From positions 405,682 through 469,681 of the forward strand of contig PLZJ01000002.1 in NCBI GenBank assembly GCA_003152105.1: 64,000 nucleotides of DNA, written 5' to 3'. How positions within the stretch are numbered: position 1 is the first letter of the stretch; each line of letters starts with the position of its first letter. This document shows, one piece after another, positions 9,670 through 19,473 of the stretch. The notes under the pieces were generated by a model. That model was not told the origin of the DNA and did no database searches. It saw nothing but the letters and a program-made list of their open reading frames with translations. This DNA is from Candidatus Levyibacteriota bacterium. GTDB taxonomy: Bacteria; Patescibacteriota; Microgenomatia; Levybacterales; UBA12049. The position numbers were made by a program, and so were the translations under genes.

Positions 9670-10406
9670 AAGGTATTGTATTAGCAGGTGGGCTTGCAAC
9701 TAGACTAAGGCCTTTAACGCGAGTCACAAATAAGCATCTTCTTCCAGTATATAAAAAGCCAATGATATATTACCCCATTGAAGCAATGGTTCGAGCAGGT
9801 ATTAAAGAGGTGCTCATTACCAGTTCCGCAGATCACGCTGGTCACTTTGCGAATCTCTTAGGATCGGGTGAAGAATTTGGGTTAACTTTATATTACGCAA
9901 TCCAAGAAAATCCTAAAGGAGGGATTTCTGATGCTATATTGCTTGGTGAAGAATTTGCAAGGAAAGAAAAATTACTTGTTCTATTAGGAGATGGCATTTT
10001 CAATTACGATTTATCAAATGCAGTGAATAGACTAGAACAAAAAGAAAAAGGAGCTACTGTATTTGGCATACAAATGCCAACAGAATCTGGACAATATGGA
10101 GTAATTGAAATGGATGAATCCGGAAAAGTTCTTTCAATTGTTGAAAAGCCAGAACATCCAAAATCTAATATTGCTCAAACAGGAATTTATATGTACGATG
10201 AGCGAGCTTTTGAATTCATTCATTCTCTTAAGCCATCAGAGCGCGGAGAGCTTGAAGTTACTGACCTAAATAATCTTTATGTAAAAGAGGGTACGTTATC
10301 TTGTGAATTACTAGATTGGTGGATAGACGCAGGTACTTCATATGATGAGCTTCTGCGAGCAAATAACTTAGTTGCAGAAAAAGTTAAGGCTGGTGAATTT
10401 GAATAA
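9666..10406 (+). CDS. rmlA: Glucose-1-phosphate thymidylyltransferase (RmlA-like)
   Basis: GIVLAGG.ATRL.P.T, KHLLPVY.KPMI, EKP, RGELE, WIDAGT. Confidence 0.88.
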   Translation: MKGIVLAGGLATRLRPLTRVTNKHLLPVYKKPMIYYPIEAMVRAGIKEVLITSSADHAGHFANLLGSGEEFGLTLYYAIQENPKGGISDAILLGEEFARKEKLLVLLGDGIFNYDLSNAVNRLEQKEKGATVFGIQMPTESGQYGVIEMDESGKVLSIVEKPEHPKSNIAQTGIYMYDERAFEFIHSLKPSERGELEVTDLNNLYVKEGTLSCELLDWWIDAGTSYDELLRANNLVAEKVKAGEFE

Positions 10407-10443
10407 ACTAATCACAGCATCGTTATTTTGCAAATAAAAATTT

Positions 10444-11457
10444 ATGAAATTACTCGTTACTGGTGGAGCAGGATTTATTGGTACAAACTTTATATTATAT
10501 TGGCTAAAAAATCATGAAGGTGACGAAATTGTAAATCTGGATAAGCTTACCTATGCGGGTAATTTAGAGAATCTAACTTCAATAGAAAAAAATCCGCGTT
10601 ACTCATTTATTCATGGGGATATTTGTGACTCAACAATAGTAAATAAAGTAATGGAAGGCATTGATAAGGTTGTCCATTTTGCCGCAGAAACACACGTTGA
10701 CCGTTCAATTAGTGGGCCTGCTGTATTTATTACGACAAATGTTGTAGGTACTCAAATACTTCTGGATGCAGCGCTCGAACATAAAATAAAACATTTTCAT
10801 CATATTTCTACAGATGAAGTATTTGGTCAATTAGAAATTGAATCACATGATAAGTTTAGTGAAAATACGCCATATAATCCTAGGAGTCCATATTCGGCCA
10901 GTAAGGCAGCATCTGACCATTTAGTCAGAGCATATTTTCATACATATGGATTACCCATAACTATTACGAATTGCTCTAATAATTTTGGTCCATATACATT
11001 CCCTGAAAAATTTTTCCCTTTAGCTATTACTAACATACTAGAAGGTAAGAAGGTGCCTGTTTATGGTGATGGGAAAAATGTAAGAGATTGGCTGTATGTT
11101 GAAGATCATGCCAGGGCAATAGACCTTGTGCTTAATAAAGGTAAAATTGGAGAAACCTATGTAGTCGGTGGATTACAAAATGGAATTTCAAACATAGATG
11201 CACTGCGTAAAATTCTTACAATTATGGGTAAAAATGAAGATAGTATAGAGTTTGTGAAAGATAGACCTGGACATGATAGGAAGTATGATATTGATTGGAG
11301 TAAGATTCATAATGAACTTGGCTGGGAACCTATATTTACATTTGATGAAGCACTCAAAAAAACAATTAGTTGGTATACGGAAAACGAAACATGGTGGGAA
11401 AATATTAAATCAGGAGAATATGCCTCTTATTATCAAAAACAATATCCGCATTCATGA
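10444..11457 (+). CDS. rmlB: dTDP-glucose 4,6-dehydratase
   Basis: TGGAGFIG, HFAAETHVDRS, STDEV, YSASK, DRPGHD. Confidence 0.96.
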   Translation: MKLLVTGGAGFIGTNFILYWLKNHEGDEIVNLDKLTYAGNLENLTSIEKNPRYSFIHGDICDSTIVNKVMEGIDKVVHFAAETHVDRSISGPAVFITTNVVGTQILLDAALEHKIKHFHHISTDEVFGQLEIESHDKFSENTPYNPRSPYSASKAASDHLVRAYFHTYGLPITITNCSNNFGPYTFPEKFFPLAITNILEGKKVPVYGDGKNVRDWLYVEDHARAIDLVLNKGKIGETYVVGGLQNGISNIDALRKILTIMGKNEDSIEFVKDRPGHDRKYDIDWSKIHNELGWEPIFTFDEALKKTISWYTENETWWENIKSGEYASYYQKQYPHS

Positions 11458-11490
11458 ATTACTTGTTGCATTAATTAGTTACAATTACAT

Positions 11491-12360
11491 ATGACTATTT
11501 TAGGAACTGGACTTAATGGGCTTGTTGGCTCACGAATAGCTGAGTTATTAAAAAACACTTACCACTTTGAATCACTTAGTAGATCTTCAGGTGTTGATAT
11601 TTCTGATGCTCGATTGGTCGAGGAAGCAGTGAATAAATCAGCATCCGAAGTTGTTCTTCATTTTGCAGCAAAAACTAATGTTGATGCTTGTGAAGAAGAT
11701 AAGAAATATGGGAAAGATGGAGAAGCATGGAAAGTAAATGTTTTAGGAACAAAAAATATTGTAAATGCATGTGAGAAAAGTGGTAAAAAACTAATATATA
11801 TTTCTACAGATTTTATCTTTAATGGCGAAAAAGATTTTTATACTGAAATCGATGGTCCTGACCCAATTAATTGGTATGGTATGACAAAATGTGAGGGAGA
11901 ATCTGAAGTGCAATCAAGTAGTTCTGATTGGATAATAATGCGTATAGCTTATCCTTATAGAAGTAAATTTGAAAAAGGTGATTTTGTAAGAAAAATACAA
12001 GAAAGATTTACAAATAAACAAGAAGTAGCTGGTGTTACTGATCATATTTTTTGTCCTACTTTTGTTGATGATATTGCCGCTGCGATTTCAAATTTAATAA
12101 AGCAAAAAGCAACAGGTATATATCATGCAGTTGGATCAGAATCACTTTCGCCATATATTGCTGCAACCAAAATTGCAGAAACTTTTGGATTTAACCAAAA
12201 ACTTATAAGTAAAACCACACGAGCAGAATATTTTAAAGATAAAGCCCCACGTCCCTTCCATTTAGTTTTAAAAAATGATAAGATTGAGCAATTAAATGTA
12301 GCAATGAATTCATTTTCAAAAGGGTTAGAACTAGTTAAATCCCAACAAGCTACAATATAA
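11491..12360 (+). CDS. rmlD: dTDP-4-dehydrorhamnose reductase-like SDR
   Basis: TG.NGLVG, AA.TNVDACE, YISTDFIF, YGMTK. Confidence 0.85.
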   Translation: MTILGTGLNGLVGSRIAELLKNTYHFESLSRSSGVDISDARLVEEAVNKSASEVVLHFAAKTNVDACEEDKKYGKDGEAWKVNVLGTKNIVNACEKSGKKLIYISTDFIFNGEKDFYTEIDGPDPINWYGMTKCEGESEVQSSSSDWIIMRIAYPYRSKFEKGDFVRKIQERFTNKQEVAGVTDHIFCPTFVDDIAAAISNLIKQKATGIYHAVGSESLSPYIAATKIAETFGFNQKLISKTTRAEYFKDKAPRPFHLVLKNDKIEQLNVAMNSFSKGLELVKSQQATI

Positions 12361-12364
12361 AAAT

Positions 12365-13672
12365 ATGACAATTACATTTATTGGACATGGATATGTGGGG
12401 CTCGTTACGGCAACAGTTTTTGCTGAGCTTGGAAATACAGTGTATGTCATTGGACATACAGCAGATAAGATAGAAAACTTAAAAAAAGGAATTTTACCAA
12501 TTTATGAGCCAGGGCTGGAAGAAATGGTTAAGAGAAATACAAAGGCTGGTAGATTATTATTCACACTAGATTACAAACCAGCAATCCCAAATTCAGATGT
12601 TGTATTTATTGCCGTTGGGACACCACCAAAACCTAACGGTGAGGCAGATTTGTCTGTAGTTTTTGAAGTGGCTAAAAAAATTGGAGAACATCTAGATGGT
12701 TATACTGTTGTAATAACAAAAAGTACGGTTCCTGTTGGTACTTCGGAACATGTAACAAAAATTCTAGCTGACGTTAAAAACAAAAAAGCCAAATTTGATT
12801 ATGCTTCAGTTCCTGAATTTTTACGAGAAGGACAGGCGATATCAGATACGCTAAGCCCTGATAGAGTTGTTATCGGAGTTGAAACAAAGCAAGCTGAGGA
12901 ATTGCTAACAACGCTACATAAACCAATTCTTGCTAACGAAAATGTAAAATCAAAACTAGTAATTACCAATATTCCAACTGCTGAAATGATAAAGTATGCT
13001 TCAAATGCATTTTTGGCGACAAAAATTTCGTTCGCAAATGCTATAGCGCAACTTTCTGAAAAAGTTGGTTCAGATGGTCCAACCGTATTGTCGTCTATCG
13101 GTTTAGATAAAAGAATCGGATCCGCATTTCTAAATGCGGGTGCTGGATATGGAGGAAGTTGTTTTCCAAAAGATGTAAAGGCACTTATTTCAATTGCAAA
13201 ATCTTATAATTACGACTTCACTTTATTAAAAGATGTCGAAAAAATTAATGAAGATGCGATAATTGGCATAGCAAACAAAGCAACAAAAATGCTCGGAAGC
13301 GTAAAAGGAAAATCAGTTGCAGTACTTGGGCTTTCATTTAAGCCAGATACAGATGATATGAGAGATGCTCCATCTATTACAGTCATTAAAGATCTTGTAA
13401 AAAATGGAGCCACTGTAAAAGCATATGATCCAATTGCAAAAGATACTGCCCAGAAAGCTATTCAATCAATTACATTTGCAGATTCAGCATATGAAGCAGT
13501 ATCAGATGCAGACATATTGATCCTTATGACTGAGTGGAATGAATTTAAGGAATTAGATATGGAAAAAGTAAAAACATTAATGAAAAATCCTCAAATTCTT
13601 GATGGGAGGAATATGTATAATAAAGATGAAATGGAAAAAATGGGATTTGTATATGTTGGCGTTGGACGATGA
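12365..13672 (+). CDS. ugd: UDP-glucose 6-dehydrogenase
   Basis: G.GYVG, PEFLREG, GYGGSCFPKD, FKPDTDDMR. Confidence 0.93.
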   Translation: MTITFIGHGYVGLVTATVFAELGNTVYVIGHTADKIENLKKGILPIYEPGLEEMVKRNTKAGRLLFTLDYKPAIPNSDVVFIAVGTPPKPNGEADLSVVFEVAKKIGEHLDGYTVVITKSTVPVGTSEHVTKILADVKNKKAKFDYASVPEFLREGQAISDTLSPDRVVIGVETKQAEELLTTLHKPILANENVKSKLVITNIPTAEMIKYASNAFLATKISFANAIAQLSEKVGSDGPTVLSSIGLDKRIGSAFLNAGAGYGGSCFPKDVKALISIAKSYNYDFTLLKDVEKINEDAIIGIANKATKMLGSVKGKSVAVLGLSFKPDTDDMRDAPSITVIKDLVKNGATVKAYDPIAKDTAQKAIQSITFADSAYEAVSDADILILMTEWNEFKELDMEKVKTLMKNPQILDGRNMYNKDEMEKMGFVYVGVGR

Positions 13673-14625
13673 AAAAAATTCTCATTACAGGTGCTACAGG
13701 TTTTGCTGGAACTCATTTAACGAATCTTCTTCACCAAAATCCAGAGAATAAATTATTTGGCACTTCATTTACTTCAGTTACTAATACAGATACCAGCATT
13801 ACTCTTGAAAAAGTAGATTTACTTGATCAAGATGTTACAGAAGCAATGCTTGGAAAAATTAAACCTGACGAAGTGTACCATTTAGCTGCGCTTTCTGCCC
13901 CAAGTTTAAGTTTTGAAAATCCTATAAATACGGTTACAAATAATATTAATGCGGAAATTATTTTACTTGAAGGGCTTAGAAAACTTAATTTATTATCTAC
14001 CAAGGTACTCATAATTTCTTCTGCAGAAATATATGGGAAAGTTTCTCCTAAAAATATACCGATGAATGAAGATACACCTTTTTTCCCCGTAAGTCCTTAT
14101 GCAGTTTCAAAAATAGCTCAGGATTTTCTAGCCTTACAATACCAACTTGCATACAACATGCATATAGTGAGAGTTAGACCATTTAATCATATAGGCCCTG
14201 GACAAAGTCCCTCATTCGCAGTCGCAGCTTTTGCCAAACAAATAGCTGAGATAGAAAAAGGAGAAAAAAAGCCTGTTTTGCATGTTGGCAAATTAAATGC
14301 TAAGCGTGATTTTACAGATGTTAGAGATATGGTAAAAGCATATGTTTTAGCTTTGAAAATGGGAACTGCGGGAGAAGTGTATAACATTGGCTCTGATAAA
14401 TCGATAACGATAGAACATTTATTAGAAATGATTATTAATAATTCCAAAGTAAAAGTTTCAGTCGAGACTGATCAAAGCAAATTTAAGCCGATTGATACTC
14501 CTGAACTGCTTTGTAATAGCCAGAAATTTCGAAACTTAACTGGTTGGAAACCAGAAATTACACTCGAACAAACGATTCAAGATATTTTATCTTACTGGAG
14601 GCATCAAGTATCTATAGAAAGTTAA
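13669..14625 (+). CDS. GDP-4-keto-6-deoxy-D-mannose reductase-like (Rmd) SDR
   Basis: TGATGFAG, YAVSK, RPFNHIGPGQ, RDFTDVRD; adjacent to gmd. Confidence 0.75.
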   Translation: MKKILITGATGFAGTHLTNLLHQNPENKLFGTSFTSVTNTDTSITLEKVDLLDQDVTEAMLGKIKPDEVYHLAALSAPSLSFENPINTVTNNINAEIILLEGLRKLNLLSTKVLIISSAEIYGKVSPKNIPMNEDTPFFPVSPYAVSKIAQDFLALQYQLAYNMHIVRVRPFNHIGPGQSPSFAVAAFAKQIAEIEKGEKKPVLHVGKLNAKRDFTDVRDMVKAYVLALKMGTAGEVYNIGSDKSITIEHLLEMIINNSKVKVSVETDQSKFKPIDTPELLCNSQKFRNLTGWKPEITLEQTIQDILSYWRHQVSIES

Positions 14626-14690
14626 TACTGGTAACGATATCGAATGTATAGTTGAGTATTATTCAAAAGTCAGTTAAAATAAATAAAGAA

Positions 14691-15665
14691 ATGGCAAAAA
14701 AAGCATTAATAACAGGAATAACAGGACAGGATGGGCCGTATCTCGCTGAATTTCTATTATCAAAAGGGTATGAGGTTTTTGGTTTTGTCCGTCGTTTAAG
14801 TACTCCAAACATTACAAATATCCACCATTTAAAAAACAAGATTCAATTAGTATCTGGCGATTTATTAGATCAAGGGTCAATAATGGGGGCATTATTAGAG
14901 ACAAAACCAGATGAAGTATATAATTTAGCCGCACAATCGTTTGTTGAGAGCTCTTGGAAACAGCCGGTGTTAACAGGTGAATTTACCGCGTTATCTGTCA
15001 CAAGAATGCTAGAGGCAGTTCGATTAGTAGACAGGAATATCAGATTTTATCAAGCATCATCTTCTGAAATGTTTGGTAAAGTAACGGAAACGCCACAAAA
15101 AGAGACAACCAGATTTTATCCACGTTCTCCTTATGGGGTAGCTAAAGTATATGGTCACTATATTACGGTAAATTATCGAGAAAGTTATAACATGTTTGCC
15201 GTATCAGGTATATTATTTAATCACGAATCTCCTAGGAGAGGTATTGAATTTGTAACACGGAAAATAAGTAATTCAGTGGCAAGAATATCATTAGGACTTT
15301 CGGATTCATTAGAACTTGGCAATTTGGATTCTAAACGAGACTGGGGATTTGCAGGCGATTACGTTGAGGCTATGTGGTTAATGTTACAACAGGATCACGC
15401 TGATGATTATGTTATTGCAACCGGAGAAAATCATAGTGTTCGAGAATTTGTTGAGTTAGCTTTTAAAATAGTTGGGATAACTGATTGGGAAAAATATGTT
15501 AGAGCAAATCATCCAAAGCACTTAAGACCAGCTGAAGTTGATAATTTAATAGGAGATTATTCAAAAGCTAGAGAAAAATTAGGATGGCAACCGAAAACAA
15601 GTTTCCCTGAACTTGTTGAAATGATGGTAAAAGCTGACATAGAAAAAGAAAAGAAAACAATGTAA
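14691..15665 (+). CDS. gmd: GDP-mannose 4,6-dehydratase
   Basis: [35 protein letters not shown]; ATG 14691 chosen as start. Confidence 0.95.
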   Translation: MAKKALITGITGQDGPYLAEFLLSKGYEVFGFVRRLSTPNITNIHHLKNKIQLVSGDLLDQGSIMGALLETKPDEVYNLAAQSFVESSWKQPVLTGEFTALSVTRMLEAVRLVDRNIRFYQASSSEMFGKVTETPQKETTRFYPRSPYGVAKVYGHYITVNYRESYNMFAVSGILFNHESPRRGIEFVTRKISNSVARISLGLSDSLELGNLDSKRDWGFAGDYVEAMWLMLQQDHADDYVIATGENHSVREFVELAFKIVGITDWEKYVRANHPKHLRPAEVDNLIGDYSKAREKLGWQPKTSFPELVEMMVKADIEKEKKTM

Positions 15666-15666
15666 T

Positions 15667-16632
15667 ATGCAAAAAGTCCTCGTAACAGGTGGAGCAGGGT
15701 TTATTGGATCACACCTATGCGCATTTTTGCTTTCTCAAAATTATCAAGTTATCTGTCTGGATAATTTCTTAAGTGGAAGAAAAGTAAATATTAAAGCACA
15801 TGAATCAAATAGTAATTTTTCACTTATTGAGTATGATATAACTAAGCCAATTGATGCAATTGCGTCTAAATTGGAAGCTATTGATTTTATTTTTCATCTT
15901 GCCTCACCAGCTTCGCCAAATAAATATAGTAAAACTAGCTATCTTTCAAACCCAATTGAAACCTTATCAGTGAATTCTTTTGGCACTCATCAATTGTTAG
16001 ATCTTGCATTAAAAAATAAGTCGCGATTTCTTTATGCCTCATCATCTGAAGTATATGGAGATCCATCAATTTCACCTCAAGTTGAGAGTTATTTCGGGAA
16101 TGTAAATCCGAATGGGCCGCGATCAGTGTATGATGAAGGAAAGAGATTCGGTGAAGCGATAACAATGGCTTTTGTGAGAAAGTATGACGTAGACGCAAGA
16201 ATTGTGAGAATATTTAATACATACGGACCAAATATGAGAGAAGATGATGGTAGAGTTGTGTCAAATTTTATTATCCAAGCTTTACAGAATAAGCCATTAA
16301 CAATATATGGTAAAGGTGATCAGACAAGGAGCTTTTCTTATGTATCGGATACTGTTTCTGGATTGATTAAAACTATGTTCACAGATGGTCAGAAGGGAGG
16401 AGTTTTTAATATCGGAAATCCAATTGAAAAAACAATCCTTGAGTTTGCCACTCTTATTAAGGAACTTACTGGTTCAAAAGTCGATTTTGTATATGAGGAT
16501 TTGCCTCAAGATGATCCAAAGCAACGTAAACCAGATATTTCAAATGCTAAGGATAGATTGGGATATGTTCCATCTGTTACACTTGAGGAGGGATTAAAAA
16601 AAACAATAGAATATTTTAATAAGTCTGTTTAA
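15667..16632 (+). CDS. UDP-glucuronate decarboxylase (UDP-xylose synthase)-like
   Basis: HLASPASP, GNVNP.GPRSVYDEGKR, RIFNTYGP, DDPKQRKPDI. Confidence 0.88.
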   Translation: MQKVLVTGGAGFIGSHLCAFLLSQNYQVICLDNFLSGRKVNIKAHESNSNFSLIEYDITKPIDAIASKLEAIDFIFHLASPASPNKYSKTSYLSNPIETLSVNSFGTHQLLDLALKNKSRFLYASSSEVYGDPSISPQVESYFGNVNPNGPRSVYDEGKRFGEAITMAFVRKYDVDARIVRIFNTYGPNMREDDGRVVSNFIIQALQNKPLTIYGKGDQTRSFSYVSDTVSGLIKTMFTDGQKGGVFNIGNPIEKTILEFATLIKELTGSKVDFVYEDLPQDDPKQRKPDISNAKDRLGYVPSVTLEEGLKKTIEYFNKSV

Positions 16633-16634
16633 GT

Positions 16635-17882
16635 ATGAAAATAGTAGTAATGATACCAACATATAACGAGAAGGAAAACATAGAGAAGATGTTACCTCTT
16701 TTGGAGAATGAGGTATTCCCAAAAATTCAAAATCATAATATGCATATTTTAGTTGCTGACGATACTTCACCAGACGGGACCAAAGAGGAAGTAGAAAAAT
16801 CAATTAAAAAATGGAGCAATATCCATTTGTTAGAAGGAAAAAAGGAAGGCTTGGGATCAGCATATATCCGTGCTATGCATTACGCTATGAACACATTAAA
16901 TGCTGAAGCTGTAATTGAATTTGACGCAGATTTTCAGCACGATCCGCATGATATTCCAAGATTAGTTGCAGCAATGGATCAAGGGTATGATTATGTTATT
17001 GGAAGTCGGTATATTAAAGGTGGGCAAATTCCTAAGGAATGGGGATTAAACAGAAAAATAAAAAGCTTTTTTGGTAGTCTATTGGCAAGAATAGTTCTTT
17101 TTACATTTTCTATTCATGACATGACTTCTGGTTTCAAATTAACCAAGACTTCATTCTTAAAACAAGTTGATCTAGATCATCTCATTTCAAGAAATTATGC
17201 ATATAAGCTACAAATATTATTTGAAATTGTACTACTTGGTGCAAAGGTAAAGGAAATACCAATCATATTTTATGAGAGAAGTGCAGGGAAAAGTAAAATG
17301 GAGACAAATGACATTTACGATTCTTTAAAAGTAATTTTTACATTACGACTGCGAGAATCAATGCGTATTATCAAATTTTTATTTGTAGGAGGGACAGGGT
17401 TCGTAGTTCAAATTATTGTTCAAGAAAGTACTATTAGAACTGGTTTGGCAATATTTCTAGCAATGCTGGTTTCATCAATTCACTTCCCCTTTTTAAATGT
17501 TCAAAATCTTGGAGCTGTATCAAATGGTATAGGAGCTGGATTTGGAGCAGAAGCAGCAATAGTTTCTAACTTTTTATTCAATAATTTCTGGACCTTTAAT
17601 GATACAAGACATTTAAAACAAACATCACCGTTTGTCATTAGAGCAATAAAATTTAATTTAGCCTCTCTATTATCAATTGCAATACAAACATTTGCAGTAT
17701 ATCTTGGTGTAAGGCTTTTTGGGGAAAATATTAGTCTCTTTTCGCATAGCTTACCTACAAGAATTCTAATATTATTCCCTACAATTATATTTCTTGTGAT
17801 TCCCTTGAATTATATTATTTACAATATGTTAATTTGGAAAACACGCTATTTAAAGCATGATAAAAAAACTTCAACTCACTAA
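16635..17882 (+). CDS. GT2 polyprenol-phosphate glycosyltransferase fused to a GtrA-like domain
   Basis: IPTYNE, DD.SPDGT, DADFQH, GSRY; C-terminal 4-TM region with NF..N..WTF. Confidence 0.88.
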   Translation: MKIVVMIPTYNEKENIEKMLPLLENEVFPKIQNHNMHILVADDTSPDGTKEEVEKSIKKWSNIHLLEGKKEGLGSAYIRAMHYAMNTLNAEAVIEFDADFQHDPHDIPRLVAAMDQGYDYVIGSRYIKGGQIPKEWGLNRKIKSFFGSLLARIVLFTFSIHDMTSGFKLTKTSFLKQVDLDHLISRNYAYKLQILFEIVLLGAKVKEIPIIFYERSAGKSKMETNDIYDSLKVIFTLRLRESMRIIKFLFVGGTGFVVQIIVQESTIRTGLAIFLAMLVSSIHFPFLNVQNLGAVSNGIGAGFGAEAAIVSNFLFNNFWTFNDTRHLKQTSPFVIRAIKFNLASLLSIAIQTFAVYLGVRLFGENISLFSHSLPTRILILFPTIIFLVIPLNYIIYNMLIWKTRYLKHDKKTSTH

Positions 17883-19407
17883 AGAGTCTGTAATTATTAG
17901 TGCAATCTTACTTCTTGCGGCATTTCTCCGTTTGTATAATATTAATGGATTCTTAGTATTTCTTGGAGATGAGGGCAGAGATGTTTTAACAGCATATAAC
18001 ATACTGCATGGACACTTAACATTGCTTGGTCCAACTTCTTCTGTAGGAGGTTTTTTCTTAGGGCCATTTTACTACTACTTAATTGCTCCATTTTTACTTC
18101 TTTTTAATTATGATCCAGTTGGACCAGCAGTAATGATTGCTTTTTTTGGGATTCTCACCGTTTATTTTGTATATAAAATAACTAATGAATTTTTTGGTAA
18201 ACCAGCTGGACTTTTTGCTAGCGCATTGTATGCTGTATCTCCACTAGTTATTCAATATTCTCAATCTTCTTGGAATCCTAACTTAATGCCGATAGCAACA
18301 TTAATTCTTTTGTACTTGCTTTATAAATCAGTAAACAATAGAAAACAAAAATACTTCTTTATAGTTGGATTATTGTATGGAATCTGCATGCAACTTCATT
18401 ACCTTGAAGTGTTTGTTGGAGTTGTCATCCTGCTTTACACCGCATTTGGAATATATAAATTAAATCCAAGTAAGTCGAAAAACATACGTATGATTTTACA
18501 AAGCTATGTAAGTATTTTTGTAGGCTTTATAATTTCATTTTCACCCTTTTTGCTTTTTGAAGTTAGACATAACTTCTTAAATACGAGAAATATTATTATG
18601 TTTATATTTGCTTCCAAAGATGCCGGACCTGGAGGTAATTATGTAACAATTGTGTTTACTGTTTTATTTCGTTTATTTGCGCGTCTTATGGTTGATTTCC
18701 CTCTCGCTCAAGATCTAAAGCTATATAGTATAACCATTCTTATAATTTGGGGTGCGGTAGGAGTATTGATAGGCATTTTTTCAATATTTGCATTATTTAA
18801 AATTAAGAATAAGCAAATGTTTTATTTGTTATTATTTTGGTTATTTATTAGTATTTTACTCTTTGGATTTTATAAGAAGCAAATTTACGATTATTATTTC
18901 GAGTTTCTTTATCCATTACCCTTTATGTTATTTGGCGGTGGACTTGCTCTATTGTATAAAAATGCAAAACAAAATCCAGTTAAGAAATCTATCATACTTA
19001 TAATATTTTTCTTGCTTTTTCTTTTTAGCTTATATCGTGCAGATCCAATATTTAAACAAGCAAATCACCAAAAAGATCAAGCAAAAACTATTGCTGATTT
19101 TGTACTTTCAAAAACTGATAATAAGCCGTTTAATTTTGCATTAATTACTGGAGGAAATTCCGATTATGCATACAGATACTATTTCACTATTGAAAACCAC
19201 CCTCCGGTAACAATATTAAATCCCTCGCAGGATCCTATGCGAAAATCTGTTACCAGTCAGTTGCTTGTGGTTTGTGAAAGTTTGCCTTGTTCTCCACTTG
19301 GATATTCATTATGGGAGGTAGCTGGGTTTGGAAGAGCAAATATTGTTGGATCATGGAATGTTTCAGTAGTTAAGGTATATAAATTGGATCATTACACAGG
19401 TTATTAG
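17857..19407 (+). CDS. GT-C glycosyltransferase (ArnT/PMT-like)
   Basis: FLR.Y, GDEGRD in the first loop, GPFYYY, WNPN, many TM helices. Confidence 0.85.
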   Translation: MIKKLQLTKESVIISAILLLAAFLRLYNINGFLVFLGDEGRDVLTAYNILHGHLTLLGPTSSVGGFFLGPFYYYLIAPFLLLFNYDPVGPAVMIAFFGILTVYFVYKITNEFFGKPAGLFASALYAVSPLVIQYSQSSWNPNLMPIATLILLYLLYKSVNNRKQKYFFIVGLLYGICMQLHYLEVFVGVVILLYTAFGIYKLNPSKSKNIRMILQSYVSIFVGFIISFSPFLLFEVRHNFLNTRNIIMFIFASKDAGPGGNYVTIVFTVLFRLFARLMVDFPLAQDLKLYSITILIIWGAVGVLIGIFSIFALFKIKNKQMFYLLLFWLFISILLFGFYKKQIYDYYFEFLYPLPFMLFGGGLALLYKNAKQNPVKKSIILIIFFLLFLFSLYRADPIFKQANHQKDQAKTIADFVLSKTDNKPFNFALITGGNSDYAYRYYFTIENHPPVTILNPSQDPMRKSVTSQLLVVCESLPCSPLGYSLWEVAGFGRANIVGSWNVSVVKVYKLDHYTGY

Positions 19408-19473
19408 CTTCCTTTAGCTGCTTACGCTTCTCAGAACAACCAATTTTTGCTACAATAGCATACTTATTGGCAT

